A stretch of DNA of 54,910 nucleotides. Origin: Pseudomonadota bacterium (GTDB lineage: Bacteria; Pseudomonadota; Gammaproteobacteria; BMS3Bbin11). Under the pieces are notes generated by a model, which was given only the letters and a program-made list of their open reading frames with translations, was not told where the DNA came from and made no database searches. The translations under genes were made by a program, and so were the position numbers. Positions 46,211 to 54,910 of this stretch are shown here, piece by piece. The stretch lies in contig JAYEGM010000005.1 in the NCBI GenBank assembly GCA_034659075.1, positions 1 through 54,910 of the forward strand, given 5' to 3'. Position 1 is the stretch's first letter; each line of letters opens with the position of its first letter.

Positions 46211-46978
46211 ATGAGCATTACTATCAAAACTGTGGATGAAATAGAAAAGATGCGGGTGGCCGGGCGGCTGGCAGCAGAGGTTCTGGAAATGATTGAGCCC
46301 TATGTTAAAGCCGGTACCAGCACCGATGAGCTGGATGCCATCTGCCAAAAATATATCGTAGAAGAACAACAGGCTATCCCTGCCCCGTTAAACTATCACG
46401 GTTTTCCAAAATCTATCTGCACCTCGATCAACCATCAGGTATGCCATGGCATACCCGGTGACCGGGTACTGAAAAATGGCGATATCATTAATATCGACAT
46501 TACCGTTATCAAGGATGAATTCCACGGTGATACCAGCCAGATGTTTGCAGTCGGTGTGCCATCTACACTCGCCCGTCGTCTGATGGATAATAGCCGTGAG
46601 TGCATGCTTAAAGGCATTGCCCTGGTTAAACCCGGCGCTCAGCTTGGCGATATCGGCCATGCCATTCAGTGCCATGCCGAAAAAAACCGTTTTTCCGTTG
46701 TCCGTGAATACTGTGGTCATGGCATTGGACGCGGGTTCCACGAAGAACCCCAGGTTCTACATTATGGCGAGGCAGGAACGGGCATTACATTGCTGGAAGG
46801 CATGACGTTTACCATTGAACCAATGATCAATGCCGGCAAAAAAGATGTAAAGCTGCTGCCTGATGGCTGGTCGGTTGTCACCCGTGACCGTAAACTCTCT
46901 GCGCAATGGGAGCATACCATCCTGGTCACCGCAGATGGCCATGAAATACTGACCCTGCGAGAAAACGAAGAGGTCTGA
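46211..46978 (+). CDS. map: Methionine aminopeptidase type I
   Basis: FPKSICTSIN..VCHGIP, GHGIG..FHEEP, FTIEPMIN, SAQWEHT; ATG 46211. Confidence 0.97.
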   Translation: MSITIKTVDEIEKMRVAGRLAAEVLEMIEPYVKAGTSTDELDAICQKYIVEEQQAIPAPLNYHGFPKSICTSINHQVCHGIPGDRVLKNGDIINIDITVIKDEFHGDTSQMFAVGVPSTLARRLMDNSRECMLKGIALVKPGAQLGDIGHAIQCHAEKNRFSVVREYCGHGIGRGFHEEPQVLHYGEAGTGITLLEGMTFTIEPMINAGKKDVKLLPDGWSVVTRDRKLSAQWEHTILVTADGHEILTLRENEEV

Positions 46979-47096
46979 CATCGCCACACTGATAAAAAAG
47001 CGGGCAAATCTATCACGCAGGAATTTTCCCGCTGCAGCCACAATTGCAGGTATCCTTGACAGCGACCCGCAGCCGCCTAAAGCGATAAAGGCCATA

Positions 47097-49697
47097 TTGC
47101 GGGATACCAGGGAGATTCTTCACCGAGCCCAGTCCGAGGGTGCCTCCAGCACCAATGTAATCACCCTCTGGACCTGGTTCATCGACCAGCTGCTGATCGA
47201 AATCTGGCAATCTGTTCAGACCGGTGATCCGGCCTCCAGCTGCTGCAGCCTGATTGCGGTCGGTGGATACGGGCGAAACGAGCTGCACCCCTCCTCGGAT
47301 ATCGACCTGATGATCCTGGTAGAAGGGAAAGCGGGTGAAAACATAGATGATGCCGTCGCTGAATCAGGCAAACAGTTTCTGCATATTTTATGGGACATCG
47401 GCCTGGATATCGGCCACAGTGTACGCACAGTCGCTGAATGCAAAGAAGCGGCCACTGACCTGACCGTCGTCACCAACCTGATGGAAGCCCGCCTGTTGGC
47501 CGGCTCGAACCCACTGCTGCAGCAAATGCAGGCCGCCATCTCACCCGAGCAGATCTGGCCTGCCGATGAGTATTTCCATGCCAAGCTGCAGGAGCAGCAG
47601 GCACGCCACGTTCGCTTCGGCGAAACAGCCTACAAGCTGGAGCCAAACATCAAGGAAAGCCCCGGCGGGCTGCGCGATCTGCACATGATCTCCTGGGCAA
47701 CAATGCGCTATTTCAATGCGACGTCTCTGGAAGAACTGGTACAGCATGAATTTCTGACCCGCGATGAGTATCAAACACTGATACGCTGCCGCAACTTCCT
47801 TTGGCGTATACGCAATGGCCTGCACTTTCTAAGCGGCCGCAGGGAAGACAGGCTGCTGTTTGAACATCAACGCGTACTGGCAACTGAATTTGGCTACGTT
47901 GACAAACTCGGCAGCCTCGCCGTAGAGCAGTTGATGAAGCGCTATTACCGGACTGTAAAAGAGCTAGGGTTATTGAATGACATTCTGCTGCAGCATTTTG
48001 AGGAAGTCTTCCTGGTACAGAAAAATAATACCTCGGTAAAGATTAATCGCCGCTTCAATGCCATAAATGGCTATGTGGATGTTGTGGATAACGGTATTTT
48101 CAATCGCCAGCCTTTTGCCTTGCTGGAGGTATTTTACATCCTGCAGGATTTACCAGAGCTGAAAGGCATTCGAGCAAACACTATTCGCCTTATCCATAAC
48201 TCACTAAACCTGATCACCCCTGAATTTCGCCAGGACATCGCCTGCCGCAGCCTGTTTATTGCCCTGTTTCGCAATGGCACCGGACTCACACACATCATGC
48301 GGAAAATGAATGACTATGGTGTACTGGGTGCTTACTTCCCTGCCTTTGGCCGCATCGTAGGCCTGATGCAGCATGATCTGTTTCATATATACACGGTAGA
48401 TGTCCACACACTTTTTGTTTTACGGAATCTGCGACGACTGACTGTCGATAAATATCACGATGAACATCCACTGGCCAGCAGAATACTGGCAAGGCTATTC
48501 AAACCCGAACGCCTGTATCTGGCCGCCCTGCTACATGATATTGCAAAAGGACGCGGTGGCGAGCATTCTGAGAAAGGTGAAAAAATAAGTATCCAGTTCT
48601 GTCGCCTGCACGACCTCAGTGAATACGACACAAAGCTCGTTGCCTGGATGGTGCGCAACCACCTGATAATGTCCTGGACGGCACAGAAAATGGACATTTC
48701 TGATCCTCAAGTTATTGCCGAATTTACACGGACTGTGGGTAATCAGGAACATCTTGATAACATTTACCTTTTGACCATGGCAGACATGCGGGGCACCAGC
48801 CCTAAAGTCTGGAATGACTGGAAAAACAAACTTTTACTGCAACTTTATCATGCAACATCGAGACACCTGAGGCGTAGAGATATTGATGGTGAGCGTGATG
48901 AAGAACGCCTCGACAACCTGCAGCAGGCACTTTCCGGTAGCCTGGTTCCGGCACAGGTTTCAGATGCAAACTTCCAGCGTTACTGGTCGTTATTCGATAG
49001 CGATTATTTCCTGCGTTATGAAGTCGACACCTTAAAATGGCATATACAAACTCTCGCCAGTGTCAGTATTCTTGAGTTGCCGGTAGTGGCCGTTCGCTAT
49101 GCAAAAAATTCAGGCAGTACCGAGGTTCTGGTATTTACCCCGGATATGCCTAATCTCCTGGTCAGAACAACAGCAGGCTTTGATCGCCTGAACCTGAATA
49201 TTGTCGACGCGCGCTTACATACGACACAAATGGGATTTGCCCTGCACAATTATCTGGTGCTGGATCAAAATGATGATGCAGTATGCACGAGTACAGATCA
49301 GAAAGAGATAGAAGAAGCCCTGAAGAATCAGCTTCTAAGCCCCCGCAAAGGACGTGACCCGCGCAAAGCGCATCTGCCCCGGGTATTGAAACAGTTCCCA
49401 ATTCCTACACAGGTAAATTTTCCGGAAATACGACAGGGGCAATACACCATCATAGAGGTTGTCGCGCAGGACAGGCCGGGACTTTTATACCAGATTGCAG
49501 AAGTATTCGAAAAATGTGAAATCAAGCTGCATAATGCCAAAGTAGCCACATATGGTGCACGAATCGAAGATATATTCTTTGTTAGCGACCTCGGCAACAA
49601 CCCCATCACTGACACACAGCTACATGACCGCATCAGACAAAAAATAATTGATAGACTGGATACAATTCAGAACTCTGAGAGCACAATCAATTTTTAA
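47097..49697 (+). CDS. glnD: [Protein-PII] uridylyltransferase / uridylyl-removing enzyme
   Basis: AVGGYGR.EL.P.SDIDL, EPNIKESPGGLRD, HD domain (LLHDIAKGRGG), ACT (DRPGLL); start uncertain. Confidence 0.95.
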   Translation: MRDTREILHRAQSEGASSTNVITLWTWFIDQLLIEIWQSVQTGDPASSCCSLIAVGGYGRNELHPSSDIDLMILVEGKAGENIDDAVAESGKQFLHILWDIGLDIGHSVRTVAECKEAATDLTVVTNLMEARLLAGSNPLLQQMQAAISPEQIWPADEYFHAKLQEQQARHVRFGETAYKLEPNIKESPGGLRDLHMISWATMRYFNATSLEELVQHEFLTRDEYQTLIRCRNFLWRIRNGLHFLSGRREDRLLFEHQRVLATEFGYVDKLGSLAVEQLMKRYYRTVKELGLLNDILLQHFEEVFLVQKNNTSVKINRRFNAINGYVDVVDNGIFNRQPFALLEVFYILQDLPELKGIRANTIRLIHNSLNLITPEFRQDIACRSLFIALFRNGTGLTHIMRKMNDYGVLGAYFPAFGRIVGLMQHDLFHIYTVDVHTLFVLRNLRRLTVDKYHDEHPLASRILARLFKPERLYLAALLHDIAKGRGGEHSEKGEKISIQFCRLHDLSEYDTKLVAWMVRNHLIMSWTAQKMDISDPQVIAEFTRTVGNQEHLDNIYLLTMADMRGTSPKVWNDWKNKLLLQLYHATSRHLRRRDIDGERDEERLDNLQQALSGSLVPAQVSDANFQRYWSLFDSDYFLRYEVDTLKWHIQTLASVSILELPVVAVRYAKNSGSTEVLVFTPDMPNLLVRTTAGFDRLNLNIVDARLHTTQMGFALHNYLVLDQNDDAVCTSTDQKEIEEALKNQLLSPRKGRDPRKAHLPRVLKQFPIPTQVNFPEIRQGQYTIIEVVAQDRPGLLYQIAEVFEKCEIKLHNAKVATYGARIEDIFFVSDLGNNPITDTQLHDRIRQKIIDRLDTIQNSESTINF

Positions 49698-49734
49698 TCA
49701 GTTCAACCCATAACTAACAGCTAGATACCGATAC

Positions 49735-50940
49735 ATGAACTCACGACTGGATGACCTGAAGGAATATCCTTTTCAACGACTCAAGCGTTTACTGACTGGT
49801 ATCGAACCAGCCTCTGACAAACAGCGCATCATGCTGTCACTGGGTGAACCTAAGCATGCCCCCCCTACTTTCATCCATGACGTGCTGGCGAATGGTGGCC
49901 ATCTGCTTTCCGGTTATCCGGGCACCCGCGGAGAAGTAGCCCTGCGGCAGTCAATCTGCAGCTGGCTCAGTCGAAGATTTCATATTGATGAAGGCATGCT
50001 TGATCCCGAACAAAATGTCCTGCCGGTTAGTGGCAGCCGTGAAGCCATTTTTTCCTTTATTCAGGCAACGATTGACCGCAGCAGTCACAGCCCGGCACAC
50101 GTTATTATGCCCAACCCGTTCTACCAGATCTATGAGGGTGCTGCGATCATGGCCGGTGCTACACCTTATTTCCTCAACAGCGTAGAAAAAAATGACTGGC
50201 AGCCGCAGCTGGATAAAGTACCGCAGCAGATATGGCAGGAAACCCAGCTGCTGATCCTCTGCTCACCCGATAACCCGACCGGCTCCGTTATCCCCGCGGA
50301 TACCTATAAACAGGTCCTGGCTCTGGCAGACCGCTACGACTTCATCGTTGCCGCAGATGAATGCTATAGCGAACTCTATCGCGATGAAGACACACCGCCT
50401 GTCGGCCTGCTGCAAGTCGCTGCAGAACAGGGCCGCAGCGGCTTTGAGCGTTGCGTCGTTTTTCACAGCCTGTCCAAACGCTCTAATCTACCCGGTCTGC
50501 GTTCTGGCTTTGTCGCCGGGGACAGTAATATTATTAATGCCTATTTTAAATACCGCACTTATCACGGTTGCGTTCCCAACCGCCTGACTCAGGCCATTTC
50601 TGTTGCGGCCTGGGATGATGATGAACACGTAGTACAGAATCGTGCTGTATATCGTGATAAATTCACCGCCGTTATTGATATACTAGATCCCGTTATAAAA
50701 TTGAATCAACCTGCTGCCGGTTTCTATCTGTGGCCGGAGACCCCGATCAACGAGGAAGATTTCAGCCGGCGATTGTTTCAGTATGAAAATGTGGTCACCC
50801 TGCCGGGCACCTATCTTGCACGTGGCACCCTTGAGGGCAATCCCGGGGAAAACCGGATACGCATCGCCCTGGTGGCCGAACAGCAGGAATGCATAGAAGC
50901 GGCCGAACGAATTAGTGAATTTATAAAAGAAAAAATGTAG
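49735..50940 (+). CDS. dapC: N-succinyldiaminopimelate aminotransferase
   Basis: YPFQRL, PNPFYQIYEGAA, DECYSE, SLSKRSNLPGLRSG; upstream of dapD. Confidence 0.92.
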   Translation: MNSRLDDLKEYPFQRLKRLLTGIEPASDKQRIMLSLGEPKHAPPTFIHDVLANGGHLLSGYPGTRGEVALRQSICSWLSRRFHIDEGMLDPEQNVLPVSGSREAIFSFIQATIDRSSHSPAHVIMPNPFYQIYEGAAIMAGATPYFLNSVEKNDWQPQLDKVPQQIWQETQLLILCSPDNPTGSVIPADTYKQVLALADRYDFIVAADECYSELYRDEDTPPVGLLQVAAEQGRSGFERCVVFHSLSKRSNLPGLRSGFVAGDSNIINAYFKYRTYHGCVPNRLTQAISVAAWDDDEHVVQNRAVYRDKFTAVIDILDPVIKLNQPAAGFYLWPETPINEEDFSRRLFQYENVVTLPGTYLARGTLEGNPGENRIRIALVAEQQECIEAAERISEFIKEKM

Positions 50941-50947
50941 CTCTTTA

Positions 50948-50968
50948 GAAACTTGAAACTTGAAACTG
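50948..50968. repeat. Short heptamer array (GAAACTT)x2 GAAACTG
   Basis: In the dapC-dapD spacer; same unit as at 3146, 20706 and 46066. Confidence 0.75.
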
Positions 50969-50990
50969 AATTTATTTCCGAGGAAACCCT

Positions 50991-51812
50991 ATGCAAGACC
51001 TGAAAAACCAGATTAATGAAGCATTTGAACAGCGTGCCGAGATCACCCCTCGCACCGCTGCCAGCCATGTCAAAGATGCTGTTTACAGCGCCATCGAAAT
51101 GCTGGACACCGGGGAAGCCCGGGTGGCCGAGAAAAAAGATGGCGACTGGGTAGTCAATGACTGGTTGAAAAAAGCCGTTTTGCTGTATTTCCGCATTGAA
51201 GACAATAGCTTTAACAAAGGTGGCTTCACAAACTATTTCGACAAAATCCCATCAAAGTTCAGCGACTACAATTCGCGTGATTTCAGGGATGGTGGTTTCC
51301 GTGTTGTGCCGCCGGCTACAGCGCGCCGCGGCTCTTATATAGCCCCAAATGCCGTGCTGATGCCAAGCTATGTCAACATTGGCGCCTATGTAGACGAAGG
51401 CACCATGGTAGATACCTGGTCAACGGTAGGTTCCTGTGCCCAGATAGGTAAAAATGTCCACCTCAGCGGCGGTGTGGGGATAGGCGGCGTGCTGGAGCCG
51501 CTGCAGGCTTCACCCACTATTATTGAGGACAATTGTTTCATTGGCGCTCGCTCCGAAGTGGTTGAAGGTGTGATCGTAGAAGAAGGTGCTGTACTTGCAA
51601 TGGGCGTCTACCTTAGCCAGAGCACAAAAATTTTTAACAGGGAGACCGGTGAGTACAGCTATGGTCGCGTACCCGCCTATTCTGTTATCGTTCCCGGTTC
51701 ATTACCTTCAAAAGATGGCAGTTATAACCTGAATTGCGCTATTATCGTTAAACAGGTTGATGAGAAAACACGTAGTAAAGTCGGTATAAATGAATTGCTG
51801 CGCGAAGCCTGA
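50991..51812 (+). CDS. dapD: Tetrahydrodipicolinate N-succinyltransferase
   Basis: [40 protein letters not shown]. Confidence 0.97.
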   Translation: MQDLKNQINEAFEQRAEITPRTAASHVKDAVYSAIEMLDTGEARVAEKKDGDWVVNDWLKKAVLLYFRIEDNSFNKGGFTNYFDKIPSKFSDYNSRDFRDGGFRVVPPATARRGSYIAPNAVLMPSYVNIGAYVDEGTMVDTWSTVGSCAQIGKNVHLSGGVGIGGVLEPLQASPTIIEDNCFIGARSEVVEGVIVEEGAVLAMGVYLSQSTKIFNRETGEYSYGRVPAYSVIVPGSLPSKDGSYNLNCAIIVKQVDEKTRSKVGINELLREA

Positions 51813-51848
51813 TACCAGTAATGCAGCAAAATTAATATATACAGGACT

Positions 51849-52205
51849 ATGTCGACTTCTATTATTCTTGCAGGAATCAAAAACTGTGACAGCGTTCGAT
51901 CTGCGCAGCGATGGCTGGATGAAAATAGTATTAAATATGATTTTCTCGACCTCAGGTCTGATCTTTTTGTGCGCCACATTCTTGGCAAATGGATGGAAAA
52001 AGTTGACTGGACTACACTGCTGAATAAACGCAGTGCAACCTGGCGAGGACTCGATGACAAGGAACGTACGGACCTTGATGAAGTCCGGGCCATGTCATTA
52101 ATGATGAAGCATCCTACCTTGATCAAGCGACCTGTTCTACAGGTTGACGATCTCATAGAAGTCGGTTTCTCCGCTGAGCGATACGCCGAGTTACTCAAGA
52201 CCTGA
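51849..52205 (+). CDS. ArsC/Spx-family protein (YffB-like)
   Basis: GIKNCDSV, LLNKRSATWR, PTLIKRPVL, VGF; directly upstream of dapE as for yffB. Confidence 0.88.
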   Translation: MSTSIILAGIKNCDSVRSAQRWLDENSIKYDFLDLRSDLFVRHILGKWMEKVDWTTLLNKRSATWRGLDDKERTDLDEVRAMSLMMKHPTLIKRPVLQVDDLIEVGFSAERYAELLKT

Positions 52206-52208
52206 TGA

Positions 52209-53378
52209 ATGAACAAAGAAACGACTAAAAAAAACGTAAATTCCACTCTACAGTTATGCTGCGAACTAATCAGCCGCCCCTCCATCACACCCGATGACCA
52301 GGGATGCCAGACGCTAATTTGCGAACGCCTGCAACCCGCTGGCTTTACTTGCCAGCACCTCCGTTTTGAAGATGTCGATAACCTTTGGCTGACACATGGG
52401 ACAGGCAGCCCATTGTTTGTGTTTGCCGGCCATACCGACGTCGTACCTACCGGCCCGGAAAGCAACTGGTCCAGCCCTCCATTTGAACCAACTCAGCGAG
52501 ACGGAAAGCTGTATGGTCGCGGCAGTGCCGACATGAAGGCATCCATAGCCGCATTCGTCACCTCTGCTGAGCAATATGTGGCTGAATACCCTGACCACCC
52601 CGGCACAATTGGCCTGCTGATCACCTCGGATGAAGAGGGCCCATCCATTAATGGCACAGTTAAAGTCATGCAGTGGCTGGAATCGCAATTAATTAAGATT
52701 GATTATTGTATTGTTGGTGAGCCCTCATCTGTTGAGACCCTGGGTGACACCGTAAAAGTTGGTCGGCGCGGATCACTGAATGGTTATATGACTGTCTACG
52801 GAAAACAGGGCCATGTAGCCTACCCTCAGCTGGCCGACAATCCTTTCCACCGTGCCCTGCCCGCGTTAACTGAACTGGCCGGTATTGAATGGGATCAGGG
52901 AAATGATTTTTTTCCGGCTACCAGTTTTCAAATCTCCAATGTCACAGCAGGGACCGGAGCAGAAAATGTTATACCGGGCGATGTGACGATTAAATTTAAT
53001 TTCCGTTTTTCTTCAGAATTAGATGAAAAGCAGATAAAGAAACGTGTGTTCGATGTTTTTGAAAAATATAAGTTGCGCTACTCAATAGAATGGCGCCTGT
53101 CAGGTAAGCCTTTTTTAACAGCAAAAGGCATGCTGGTCGAAGCGGTCAGTAAAGCATGTTCTGAAATCCTTGATATTACTCCAGAGTTATCGACTTCCGG
53201 TGGCACATCAGATGGGCGGTTTATCGCACCAACAGGGGCTGAAGTAGTAGAACTTGGACCCTGCAATGGTAGTATTCATCAGTTAGATGAACATGTTATG
53301 CTGACAGACCCAGAGCGACTGGCAAATACATACCACCGCACCCTTGAACTTATTTTTAACAGTAACAAAGAAACATGA
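52209..53378 (+). CDS. dapE: Succinyl-diaminopimelate desuccinylase
   Basis: FAGHTDVVP, GRGSADMK, TSDEEG, GRRGSL, GGTSDGRFI. Confidence 0.97.
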   Translation: MNKETTKKNVNSTLQLCCELISRPSITPDDQGCQTLICERLQPAGFTCQHLRFEDVDNLWLTHGTGSPLFVFAGHTDVVPTGPESNWSSPPFEPTQRDGKLYGRGSADMKASIAAFVTSAEQYVAEYPDHPGTIGLLITSDEEGPSINGTVKVMQWLESQLIKIDYCIVGEPSSVETLGDTVKVGRRGSLNGYMTVYGKQGHVAYPQLADNPFHRALPALTELAGIEWDQGNDFFPATSFQISNVTAGTGAENVIPGDVTIKFNFRFSSELDEKQIKKRVFDVFEKYKLRYSIEWRLSGKPFLTAKGMLVEAVSKACSEILDITPELSTSGGTSDGRFIAPTGAEVVELGPCNGSIHQLDEHVMLTDPERLANTYHRTLELIFNSNKET

Positions 53379-54169
53379 AACAGGTCTTTCCCTGCCACCC
53401 TCAACACATACGGATAAAAATGGCCGGTGTCACTGATACGGGACAGCGACGTGATAACAATGAAGATAATATTCTTATCGACAGACATCATGCTCTTGCC
53501 ATCGTTGCTGACGGCATGGGTGGGCATAATGCCGGTGAGGTTGCCAGCAAGATAGCAACTGATGTAACCAGTCAGTTTCTAATCGCTGGACTGCGTATAG
53601 AAAGCCGGATGGACGATGCCTTTTCCACGCCAGAACCAATGGAAGACCTGCTGGAAAAGTCCATTCAACTGGCAAACCGGAAAATTATTGAAGAATCTGG
53701 CAATGATGATAAAAAAAGCGGTATGGGAACAACAATAGTCTGCCTGCTTTTCTGCAAAAACTGGTTTGTTATTGGAAATATTGGGGATTCCCGCTGCTAC
53801 CGCTTCCGGGATGGAAGAATCAGTCAGCTAAGCGAAGACCACAGCTGGATTCAGGGCATGGTTGCAAAGGGAACCATCAATGAGGAAGATGCTAAACGCC
53901 ACCCGCAAAGAGGCCTGCTGCTGCAGGCACTTGGTAATCGGGAAGTTGAGCCTACATTCGTCTCAGGATGCCCTATGGCTGGTGATATATTTATTCTCTG
54001 TTCAGATGGACTGACAGAGGTAGTCAGCAATAATACGATTGGATTTGTGCTAAATCAGGATGGAAGTCCAGAAAAAACGGCTGAGAAGCTTGTTGAGCTG
54101 GCCAATGAAAATGGCGGACCCGACAATATATCAGTTGTTGTGGTAAAAATATTATCCCTCAGTAAATAA
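53375..54169 (+). CDS. PP2C-family (Stp1/PrpC-type) Ser/Thr protein phosphatase
   Basis: R..NED, VADGMGGH..GE.AS, GMGTT, IGDSRCY, LCSDGL, GGPDNIS. Confidence 0.92.
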   Translation: MKQVFPCHPQHIRIKMAGVTDTGQRRDNNEDNILIDRHHALAIVADGMGGHNAGEVASKIATDVTSQFLIAGLRIESRMDDAFSTPEPMEDLLEKSIQLANRKIIEESGNDDKKSGMGTTIVCLLFCKNWFVIGNIGDSRCYRFRDGRISQLSEDHSWIQGMVAKGTINEEDAKRHPQRGLLLQALGNREVEPTFVSGCPMAGDIFILCSDGLTEVVSNNTIGFVLNQDGSPEKTAEKLVELANENGGPDNISVVVVKILSLSK

Positions 54170-54196
54170 TGGACAGGGCTCTGCAGCAAACCCACA

Positions 54197-54715
54197 TCAG
54201 GTCTGCCTGTGATAAGTGGTTTTATGGCACTTAGGACAAGGAGGGATATGCCCGGCCTTATGAAAATGCAAAATCTCCCCACATTCATCACATACCAGTG
54301 CACCCGGGCCAGTTATTTCCCCTGTTTTATAGACTGAATTAGCCGCAAGTTCCAGCTTCAATTCATTCATCTCAACCGTTGTTGGATCAGCGGCCTGCAG
54401 GAACATATCCAGTAGCTCCGCCGCCAGCAGGCTGTCTTCAAAGCCCAGCCAGTCCTTAAGTTCCTTTCCATGCTCAGAGATGTAAAAGGCGGCATCAGAC
54501 AGATCGCGTTTAAGATATTCTGCCAGATGGGCTGCCTCTTCTTCTGTCAGCTCTTCAAGCTCGATCGCCTTCTCTTTAGCCTTATCGATCAATGAATGCA
54601 GAGCCGGTCCGCTCTTCTTTTCCAGTTTATGAAATTCTGTCGCACTGCGTTCCAGCATTGTCTCGTAGGCAGCACCCATGATATCCAGCGGGTCATTAAT
54701 TCTTTTCTTAGGCAT
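54197..54715 (-). CDS. Zinc-ribbon-containing protein (DUF1451-like)
   Basis: YLKRDL, YKTGEITGPG.L.CDECG...IPPCPKC. Confidence 0.8.
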   Translation of the reverse strand: MPKKRINDPLDIMGAAYETMLERSATEFHKLEKKSGPALHSLIDKAKEKAIELEELTEEEAAHLAEYLKRDLSDAAFYISEHGKELKDWLGFEDSLLAAELLDMFLQAADPTTVEMNELKLELAANSVYKTGEITGPGALVCDECGEILHFHKAGHIPPCPKCHKTTYHRQT

Positions 54716-54779
54716 GATTCTACTCCGTCATTTACACCGATTCTTTATATTTAAAGGATAACATGAATTGACCTGCAAC

Positions 54780-54910
54780 AGGATTTACGGTTTACGGTTT
54801 ACGGTTTACGGTTTACGGTTTACGGTTTACGGTTTACGGTTTACGGTTTACGGTTTACGGTTTACGGTTTACGGTTTACGGTTTACGGTTTACGGTTTAC
54901 GGTTTACGGT
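54780..54910. repeat. Heptamer tandem repeat (TTTACGG)x18 running to the window end
   Basis: AGGATTT followed by perfect ACGGTTT units; 18 TTTACGG copies at 54784-54909. Confidence 0.97.

Noticed and set aside
45945-46211. 88 aa ORF with RRKTKDE and FKFQVSS repeats (and a similar YGLRFTV ORF at 2934-3284)
   Set aside because: These are translations of heptamer arrays, not plausible proteins.
51722-52465. 247 aa antisense ORF, and other long antisense ORFs such as 16684-17430 and 24509-25180
   Set aside because: They are shadows of conserved genes on the opposite strand and have no motifs.

Overview
This is a housekeeping chromosomal segment from a Gammaproteobacterium (GC roughly mid-to-high 40s %, estimated by eye). 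From left to right it carries: an ATP-grasp/HesB-IscA pair with a divergent yggX; the rpoE-rseABC-degP-lepA-lepB-DUF4845-rnc-era-recO-pdxJ cluster; nadB; an sdhCDAB-sdhE-ygfX operon divergent from ygfZ; the long rpsB-tsf-pyrH-frr-uppS-cdsA-dxr-rseP-bamA-skp-lpxD-fabZ-lpxA-lpxB-rnhB-dnaE-accA-tilS-pyrG-kdsA-eno-ftsB run; map-glnD-dapC-dapD-yffB-dapE-PP2C; and a zinc-ribbon protein gene. I found no transposase, integrase, phage, CRISPR, rRNA or tRNA gene. The unusual content is intergenic and falls into four classes. (1) Two 267-268 bp TA-flanked fold-back elements sit exactly in the stop codons of lepA and sdhA; they share architecture and a four-times-repeated core but differ in stem sequence. 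(2) At least eight heptamer arrays keep a fixed NNNNNTT register while the unit sequence switches; one is inverted around a palindrome and one runs off the end of the window. (3) Nonamer-based inverted-repeat (REP-like) elements lie around pyrG-kdsA-eno-ftsB. (4) A ~200 bp multi-hairpin element lies at the ygfZ/ftsB synteny break. Gene calls come from recognising motifs and gene order; no searches were run.
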